From: Polyangiales bacterium
GTDB lineage: Bacteria > Myxococcota_A > Polyangia > Polyangiales > Polyangiaceae
DNA length: 22,368 nt
Reading direction: 5' to 3'
NCBI GenBank assembly: GCA_038230375.1
Contig: JBBRNJ010000115.1
Location: 1-22,368, forward strand
Positions within the stretch are counted from its first letter, which is position 1, and the number at the start of each line of letters is the position of its first letter. Position numbers and translations under genes: made by a program. The notes below the pieces were generated by a model. It saw only the letters and a program-made list of their open reading frames with translations, did not search any database and was not told where the DNA came from. Positions 16,225 to 22,368 of this stretch are shown here, piece after piece.

Positions 16225-16881
16225 ATGCGCTCGACCCGCTCCTCCTGGGCTTTCCTGGTGACCCTCGCGCTGGCGACGGCCTGCGGGAATGAGCCGGCAC
16301 CTGCAACGCCGACATCGACACCGACTTCGACTTCGACTTCGACGCCGACCTCGACTTCGACCTCGACTTCGACCTCGACCTCGACCTCGACTTCGACACC
16401 GACCTCGACTTCGGCCTCGACTCCAACCTCGACCTCGACCGATCCTTCCCCTTCGGCCACTGCGGCGTCGGCTCCCTGGGGCGATGCGGATGCTGGTTCG
16501 TCTGGTGGCTTCGGGAGCGGCCATCGATCGGGTGACACGCACGCGATGAAGACGCCGTCGATCCGTGCGGGTGCGGTGCAGGTGAGCGGACGACTCCCGC
16601 CCGAGGTGGTCCAGCGCGTCAGCCGACAGAACTTCGGGCGCTTCCGTCTTTGCTACGAGGACCTGCTGCGCACGAACGGCAAGGCAGCGGGGCGCGTGAA
16701 CATCCAGTTCGTCATCGGCAAGGATGGAGCGGTGACCTCTTCCAAGGACAACGGCTCCGACATCGGCGACGCCACCATGGTCGGCTGCATCAAGAGCGCG
16801 TTCGACAAGATCACGTTTCCGCAGCCCGAGGGCGGGACCGTCACGGTGAGCTATCCGCTCGTCTTCGCGCCCGGGGAATAG
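16225..16881 (+). CDS. Lipoprotein with Ser/Thr-rich stalk and AgmX/PglI C-terminal (TonB-C-like) domain
   Basis: MRSTRSSWAFLVTLALATAC lipoprotein signal; GRLPPEVVQRVSRQNFGRFRLCYE...GRVNIQFVIGKDG...GCIKSAF..ITFPQPEGGTVTVSYPLVF. Confidence 0.88.
   Translation: MRSTRSSWAFLVTLALATACGNEPAPATPTSTPTSTSTSTPTSTSTSTSTSTSTSTSTPTSTSASTPTSTSTDPSPSATAASAPWGDADAGSSGGFGSGHRSGDTHAMKTPSIRAGAVQVSGRLPPEVVQRVSRQNFGRFRLCYEDLLRTNGKAAGRVNIQFVIGKDGAVTSSKDNGSDIGDATMVGCIKSAFDKITFPQPEGGTVTVSYPLVFAPGE
16306..16440 (+). repeat. Imperfect 6-bp tandem repeat (TCGACY) encoding (S/P)T dipeptides
   Basis: About 22 units such as tcgact/tcgacc/ccgacc; translation TPTSTPTSTSTSTPTSTSTSTST... Confidence 0.92.
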
Positions 16882-16894
16882 ACGTCGAGCACCG

Positions 16895-19477
16895 ATGACG
16901 CAGCCGCCTCCGTCGTTCGCGCCCTCCACGCAGCGTCCGAAATTCATCGGGCGGGAGCGGGAGATCGCCGAGCTCCAGGCCTTGCTCGCGAACGAGCGAC
17001 TCGTGACTGTGCTCGGCCCCGGCGGCATGGGGAAGACGCGGGTCGCCCGTGAGCTCCTGTCGCGTCTCTCTGGTGCGTCCTTCTTCTGTGACTTCACGCA
17101 GGCCACGACTCCGGCGGAGGTGCTTGCCATCGTTGCAGACGTGCTCGGGATCGAGCTGTCCGGCGACGAGCCCGCTCTCCAGCTCGCAACGGCGCTGGCT
17201 GCGCGCGGAGCGGTCTGTCTTGCGTTCGACAATCTGGAGCAGCTCGCGCAGGTGATCCAGCCGACCCTGTCCTCACTGCTTGCTGCAGCTCCCTTGTTGC
17301 GTGTGGTGGGGACCTCGCGCGTGGCGCTGCGCATGCCAGAGGAGGTCCTCTACGAGCTCGGCCCGCTGCAGCTCCCGCAGACCGGCGCAGCGCTCCAGGA
17401 CAGCGACGCCTACCGGCTCTGGGTCGAGCGCGTGAGGCGCACACGTCCCAGCTACGATCCGGAAGCGGAAGAGCCAGGCGAGGTCGCTGCGCTGCTCTCC
17501 GAGCTCGACGGAAATCCGCTCGCGATCGAGCTCTGCGCCACGCGCGCGCGCTCGCTCTCCGCCGCGGATCTGCGTCGCATGCTGACCGAGCGGTTCTCCC
17601 TTCTCTCCGCGGGCTCGCGCGCGTGGGAGCCACGCCACAGGGCCCTTTCGCAGGTGATCGAGACGTCGTGGGAGGCGCTGACCGCAGACCAGAAAGAGGC
17701 GCTCTCGCAGCTCATCGTGTTTCCGGGAACGTTCACGCCTCAGGCAGCCATGGCCGTGGTCTCGCTGCCAGGCGGTCGTGGTGCCGTGCTCACTGCGCTG
17801 GAGTCGCTGCGCGATCAGTCGCTGGTCGCGATGCACGGCGTTCGCCTCTCTATCTACGACTCCATCCGCGCCTTCGTGGACGAGCGCGGGACGGACCGAA
17901 CGGACGCGCGTGCTCGGCACGCGGAATATTTCGCCGCGCTTGCCGACAAGACGCTCGCACCAAAGGGCACCTCCACGATCGCCCGCGCAGCGCGGCGCGC
18001 GGTGGTGGAGGCGGAGCGGAAGAGCCTGTCCGCGATCGCATACGGCGACTCACCGGAGGAGGCGATCATGTGCCTTGCGGTGCTCGACGTCTTGCACCCG
18101 GTCCGCGATCCCGGAAGAGAGTTCCTGGAGGCGGTGCAGAAGAATGCGCGCGCGGTGCTGGCCGACGATACGAAGCGAAGGCCGCTCGTGTATGCCCTGG
18201 CGCTCGTGGGTTTTGCGGACCGGCGTGATTCGCGGTTCGAGCAAGCGGAGACCATGCTGACCCGCGCGCTGGAGCTTGCGACCGAGCTAGGCATGGAGGA
18301 GCTGTCGTGGGACCTGCGCGCGGAGCGAGCCACGGTCTGGCTGTATCTTGGCAGGCCGGAGGCGGACATCGATGGAGAGCTCGCCCTGGTCATTGCCAAC
18401 GGACCGCTCGCAGCCAACGGACGCGCCGCTGCCACGCGAGCTCTGATGCGTCAGGATCGCGGAGACCTGGCCGAGGCGCGTTCATGGAGTCAGCGCGCGC
18501 TGATCGGGCTCGAGGCTGCGTCGCCCAGCGAGCTGGCGTACGCGCTGCTCTGCCTCTTCGAGATCGAGCTGGACCTGGGCGCGCGCGACGCCCTGGACGC
18601 GACGCTGGCGCGCGCGCGTGCGATCCAGGAGCACCTGGGAGACCGCCGGATGAAGACGTACATGGCGAACATGCGTGCCTGGTCCACCGTGGAGATCGAT
18701 CCGGGCGCGGCTGTCGCGCTGTACGAGGAAGCGATCAAGGACGCGCCGCCGGACGGTCCGCTCTCTGGCCTTCTCCTTGGGTGGCAGGGCGTGGCGCTGT
18801 TCGTTGCCGGTCGTCATGCGGATGCGTGTGTGTCGCTGCAGCGGGCGCTCGCGCTCGTGAAGGCGAAGATGCAGCTCGTGATCCTGTCGGCAACGGAGAT
18901 CGCGGCGCGGGCGCTGCTCTCTTCGTTGACGCTCGATCAGGCGCTCGCTGCTCTTTCCGCCCTCTCCGTGGTGGCCTCCACGGACAAGGGCTGGCGGGAC
19001 CTGCTGGTCGCCCTTCTGTCCGTGCAGCTCCTGTCGGGGGAGCGGCTCGCGCTCGCGCTGCGTGATGCGGAGACGCTGGCGGTGACGCCGCCGGTTGGCG
19101 CGCTCGGTCGAATCGGCCGTCAGCTCCTCGCCAGGGCGATCGCGGCACGTTCCGATGTGGCGAGCCACGTGACCATCGCGAAAGACGGCAGCTGGTTCGC
19201 GCGCGCAGGCTCGCCGCGGGTGAGCCTTGCCACGCAGGAGCTCCCCGCGCGCCTGCTCGCAGCGATCGCTGACGCGCATTCTACGAGCGAACAGGGCATC
19301 AAGATCGGGGACCTGTTCGCGATCGGCTGGCCGGACGAAAAGGCGTCCCCCGCGTCCGTGGAGGAGCGAGTGCGAGCAGTGGTGAAACGCCTGCGCAGAG
19401 CGGGCCTGGGCGACCTCCTCGAGGCCCACGCCGGCGGCTTCCGCGTCGCAGCATCCGCGCAGATCCTCCGCGAGTAG
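16895..19477 (+). CDS. STAND-class (NB-ARC/AfsR-like) NTPase with helical TPR-like sensor region and C-terminal winged-helix DNA-binding domain
   Basis: FIGRERE, Walker A GPGGMGKT, Walker B LAFDNLEQ, VVGTSR, DGNPLAIEL (GxP), RHRAL..IETSW; C-terminal DLFAIGWPDEK..VEERVRAVVKRLRRAGLGDLLEAHAGGFRV resembles an OmpR/SARP-type wHTH. Confidence 0.88.
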   Translation: MTQPPPSFAPSTQRPKFIGREREIAELQALLANERLVTVLGPGGMGKTRVARELLSRLSGASFFCDFTQATTPAEVLAIVADVLGIELSGDEPALQLATALAARGAVCLAFDNLEQLAQVIQPTLSSLLAAAPLLRVVGTSRVALRMPEEVLYELGPLQLPQTGAALQDSDAYRLWVERVRRTRPSYDPEAEEPGEVAALLSELDGNPLAIELCATRARSLSAADLRRMLTERFSLLSAGSRAWEPRHRALSQVIETSWEALTADQKEALSQLIVFPGTFTPQAAMAVVSLPGGRGAVLTALESLRDQSLVAMHGVRLSIYDSIRAFVDERGTDRTDARARHAEYFAALADKTLAPKGTSTIARAARRAVVEAERKSLSAIAYGDSPEEAIMCLAVLDVLHPVRDPGREFLEAVQKNARAVLADDTKRRPLVYALALVGFADRRDSRFEQAETMLTRALELATELGMEELSWDLRAERATVWLYLGRPEADIDGELALVIANGPLAANGRAAATRALMRQDRGDLAEARSWSQRALIGLEAASPSELAYALLCLFEIELDLGARDALDATLARARAIQEHLGDRRMKTYMANMRAWSTVEIDPGAAVALYEEAIKDAPPDGPLSGLLLGWQGVALFVAGRHADACVSLQRALALVKAKMQLVILSATEIAARALLSSLTLDQALAALSALSVVASTDKGWRDLLVALLSVQLLSGERLALALRDAETLAVTPPVGALGRIGRQLLARAIAARSDVASHVTIAKDGSWFARAGSPRVSLATQELPARLLAAIADAHSTSEQGIKIGDLFAIGWPDEKASPASVEERVRAVVKRLRRAGLGDLLEAHAGGFRVAASAQILRE

Positions 19478-19499
19478 ACGCGCACTTGGATCTCTCCCG

Positions 19500-19520
19500 G
19501 CGGACATGAGCGGATATCCG
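19500..19520 (+). promoter_or_regulatory. Direct repeat GCGGAYAT x2 (10-bp period) overlapping palindrome CGGATATCCG; candidate regulator binding site
   Basis: GCGGACAT 19500-19507, GCGGATAT 19510-19517; palindrome 19511-19520. Confidence 0.4.
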
Positions 19521-19575
19521 GCCTTCGCGGCCCAAGGTTGCTGCATCGCCTTGGCGAGCGCCTCGTCGATGATAC

Positions 19576-20934
19576 ATGCGCAAAATCTTCTTCTCCGCAG
19601 CCTCCTTCGTTTCCATGGGCACGGTTCTCTTCGCCTGCTCCAGCAGCAGCGGTGGTACGGGGGCTGCGCCCGCGACGGACGGTGGGACGAATGATGACGC
19701 GGGCCCGGTGGCCACGAACGACGCCGGCGCTGCCGACGCAGCGGTGGCGCCGGTCGAGTGGGACCACAAGGTGAGCGGGGCGCCGATCGACGGCATCGCC
19801 ACGACGGCGGCAGGCGAGGTGTTCATTGCGGGAGGCCTCCCGTTCACCACCAACTTCACCACCGACTTCGGCGGCGGCAAGGTCACGCCCAAGGCGAACG
19901 AGACCACCTTCCTCGCCAAGTACGACGCGAAGGGCGGCCTCGCATGGGTGAAGCTCTTCACGGGCGCAGAGAAGATGACGCAGGCCTGGGCGCTCGCCTC
20001 GGACGGTGCAGACGGCGTCTACTTGGCGGGCGTAGCGTCCGCCCCCGTGAACCTGGGTGGCGCGACGATCCCGCTTGGATTCCAGGGCACGAAGGCAATG
20101 GAGGCCGTGATGGCGCACTACGATGGAAGCGGCAAGCATCTGTCGAGCAAGGCAGTCCTCGACTGCCTGGACGCATGCAGCGCGCCCATGCTGGCAGCGA
20201 ATGCCAAGGGGCTCGCGTTCAACGTGGTTGGCGAAGGCGACGTGCAGACGCCGTTCGTCATGGGTGGCACGCAGGACTACTACAATGGCGGTGGCAGCAT
20301 GCAGTACACCGAGTCGGCGGATGGTGGCGGCCGTGTCGGGCGCCTCTCGGGTCCGGCGGCGTTCGGGCTTGCAGTGGACGCTGACGGCAACATCTACAGC
20401 GGGCTCTCACAGCAATCGTTCGCGGAGGTGAGCGAGATCGATCCAACCGGCTCGCAGAAGGCCGACTACAACCTCACCGACCTTCCCGAGTGCTATGCGC
20501 TCGCAACGAACGGCGTGAACCTCTTCCTGAGCGGTATCTCGTCGCAGTCGGCGCTTTCCGTCCACCACCAGTTCTTCCAGACCGTCGGCTCCAGCATCTT
20601 GTGGACGGCCGACGTCACGATCCCGAACGACTCCGAGGTACGTCCGAGCAGCGGCACGGTGGTCTACGATCCCGCGAGCAAGACCTCTGTGTTCGCGCTG
20701 GAGTTCCTGAGGAGCATCAGCGTGGGCGGCGCGACCTTCACCACGACCCAGGCCGGCGACTATGACGTCGCGGTGGTCCGGTTCGACCACAAGGGCAAGC
20801 TGGTCGGGCACAAGCAGATCGGCCAGACGTCGCACGCAGAGGCTGTGAAATCGATCGCAGTGCTACCGGGCGGGCGCGTGGTGGTGGCTGGCGATGGCGA
20901 CGGCGTCTCGCTCTTCAGCGCCTTCACGCTGTAG
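19576..20934 (+). CDS. Lipoprotein with probable beta-propeller (SBBP-like repeats)
   Basis: Lipobox LFAC followed by SSSSGG; repeats GEVFIAGG..DFGGG..TFLAKYDAKGGLAWVK, DGADGVYLAG..NLGG..MAHYDGSGK, AVDADGNIY, YDVAVVRFDHKGK. Confidence 0.82.
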   Translation: MRKIFFSAASFVSMGTVLFACSSSSGGTGAAPATDGGTNDDAGPVATNDAGAADAAVAPVEWDHKVSGAPIDGIATTAAGEVFIAGGLPFTTNFTTDFGGGKVTPKANETTFLAKYDAKGGLAWVKLFTGAEKMTQAWALASDGADGVYLAGVASAPVNLGGATIPLGFQGTKAMEAVMAHYDGSGKHLSSKAVLDCLDACSAPMLAANAKGLAFNVVGEGDVQTPFVMGGTQDYYNGGGSMQYTESADGGGRVGRLSGPAAFGLAVDADGNIYSGLSQQSFAEVSEIDPTGSQKADYNLTDLPECYALATNGVNLFLSGISSQSALSVHHQFFQTVGSSILWTADVTIPNDSEVRPSSGTVVYDPASKTSVFALEFLRSISVGGATFTTTQAGDYDVAVVRFDHKGKLVGHKQIGQTSHAEAVKSIAVLPGGRVVVAGDGDGVSLFSAFTL

Positions 20935-20952
20935 TCCGGCGCTCGGGTAGGC

Positions 20953-22368
20953 TCAGTCGCGCATGTGTTTGCGGATCTTGCCCAGGGCTTGCTCTTGCAG
21001 CTGACGGATGCGCTCGCGCGACAGGTTGTACTTGTCGCCGATCTCCTTCAGCGTGAGCTCGTCCTCGTCGTCGAGGCCGAAGCGCCAGCGGATGATGCGT
21101 GACTCGATCGGCGTGAGCGTACCGAGCAGGCGGCGCACTTCTTCGGACCACTTCTGCGAGACCAGCGTCTCGTGCGGCGAGAGCATGTTCTCGTCCTGGA
21201 GGAAGTCGATGAACTTGCGCCCGTCCTCGTCACCAACGGGCCGGTCGAGCGAGAAGGGCGTCTCTGCCCAGCTGCCCTTCACCTTGTCGAGCTTCTCCTG
21301 CGGGATGCCGGTCTCCTTCTCGAGCTCGTCGAGCGAGGGGTCGCGACCAGTGCGCGCGATCACGGCCTGCGTCGCGCGCTGCACGCGGTTGTGCGTGTCC
21401 AGCATGTGCACCGGGATGCGCACGGCGCGCCCCTTGTCCGCGAGCGCGCGGCTGATCGCATGACGGATCCACCACGATGCATACGTGGAGAAGCGGTAGC
21501 CACGCGTGTGATCGAAGCGCTCCACGGCCTTCATGAGGCCGATGTTGCCCTCCTGGATCAGATCGATGAGAGGCAGACGCCCACGGTTGTAGCGACGCGC
21601 GATCGACACGACGAGCCGCAGGTTCGCCTTCACGAACTTGTTCTTCACGCGCTTGCCGTGGATGCCCGCCTGGGTGATCTGCGAGAGGTACTTCTTGTAG
21701 CTCGCCGTGACGGGAAGGCGCGGGCCCTCCTGTCCGGTGCCGGCTGCGGGGATCTTCGCGATGCCCTCGTCCTCTTCGTCCTCGGTCTCGTGACCTTCAC
21801 CAAGGGCGACCACCGTCTGCTCCGCATGCAGGATCCACAGGCGGTCGCTGTCGGCCAGGCGAATCGCGCGGCCGAGTGACTCGGAGGTCTGCGTGTACTT
21901 CTTCTCTTGTTCGCGCGTGAGCTTGTTGCGCTGCTTCTTGTACAGCTTGAAGTACTTCTGCAGCTCCTCGACCTGCGGCACGTCGATGGCGTCCTCGCCG
22001 ATGGGCAGATCGCGCTGCAGAGACGCGAGCGCGTGCTCCGCGGCGGGCATGTACGAGAGCAGCGCGATCCACTGCGCGACCTCGGCGACCTCGACCTCGA
22101 TGGCGGTCTGGAGCTCCTCGTCGGGGCCCATCACCACGTGCGTCGCCATCTCGCGGAAGTAGCGCGCGAGCATGGAGTCCCCGCCGCCTTCGTCGAACGA
22201 CTTCTCCGCCTTGCGCGGGCGCTCCTCTTCCTCGGCCTCTTCGACCTCGGGGACGACCTCTTCTTCGAAGTCCTCGTCGAGCGCCGGGATCGCTGCCTCG
22301 AGCGCTGCGGGCTCCGCGGCTACGGGTGCTGCGTCTTCGTCGACCTCGTCGACCTCGGCGGCTTCACC
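20953..22368 (-). CDS. RpoD-like sigma-70 family sigma factor (group 1/2-like paralogue), 5' end outside window
   Basis: Frame stays open for 65 acidic codons upstream of 22173 to the window edge; region 1.2 [11 protein letters not shown]; region 2 [44 protein letters not shown]; region 4 [18 protein letters not shown]. Confidence 0.93.
   Translation of the reverse strand, partial: GEAAEVDEVDEDAAPVAAEPAALEAAIPALDEDFEEEVVPEVEEAEEEERPRKAEKSFDEGGGDSMLARYFREMATHVVMGPDEELQTAIEVEVAEVAQWIALLSYMPAAEHALASLQRDLPIGEDAIDVPQVEELQKYFKLYKKQRNKLTREQEKKYTQTSESLGRAIRLADSDRLWILHAEQTVVALGEGHETEDEEDEGIAKIPAAGTGQEGPRLPVTASYKKYLSQITQAGIHGKRVKNKFVKANLRLVVSIARRYNRGRLPLIDLIQEGNIGLMKAVERFDHTRGYRFSTYASWWIRHAISRALADKGRAVRIPVHMLDTHNRVQRATQAVIARTGRDPSLDELEKETGIPQEKLDKVKGSWAETPFSLDRPVGDEDGRKFIDFLQDENMLSPHETLVSQKWSEEVRRLLGTLTPIESRIIRWRFGLDDEDELTLKEIGDKYNLSRERIRQLQEQALGKIRKHMRD

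Noticed and set aside
16306..16440. Repeat tract as a CRISPR array or non-coding element
   Set aside because: 6-bp units without spacers, in frame inside a lipoprotein CDS; no cas genes.
16182..16538. (VE)n N-terminal extension of the aconitase-family ORF
   Set aside because: It is the reverse-strand reading of the S/T microsatellite in the divergent lipoprotein gene.
16895..19477. STAND protein as an Avs-type anti-phage system
   Set aside because: No N-terminal nuclease, TIR, SIR2 or protease effector and no defence-island context; the tail looks like a DNA-binding wHTH. Not fully excluded.

Overview
High-GC, densely coding chromosomal window. Gene content suggests a myxobacterium, probably Polyangiales/Sorangiineae (inferred from many lipoproteins with DAG/DGG-rich N-termini, an AgmX/PglI-type domain and a ferritin-like lipoprotein). 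I call 20 CDSs, two truncated by the window edges. In order: a partial membrane-anchored hypothetical; a Cys-rich lipoprotein fused to a di-iron ferritin-like domain; a minus-strand envelope-stress cluster (small acidic protein, DUF1844, HtrA protease, ECF sigma, anti-sigma, putative Tat-exported protein, DUF4870 protein, hypothetical); an orphan feruloyl-CoA synthase-like ligase divergent from pntAB; a tandem DUF1566 lipoprotein; a swivel-first aconitase-family enzyme coupled to SlyD; an S/T-repeat AgmX/PglI-type lipoprotein; a STAND NTPase with a C-terminal winged helix followed by a beta-propeller lipoprotein; and an RpoD-like sigma paralogue. I saw no tRNA, rRNA, CRISPR array or mobile element. 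Best leads: the ferritin-like lipoprotein fusion; the STAND-wHTH gene with a 10-bp-period direct repeat ahead of the next gene; a sigma factor with His at the E. coli Q437 position; and TANNNT boxes 6-7 nt upstream of five start codons, suggesting leaderless expression. Domain names come from motif recognition by eye, not database searches.
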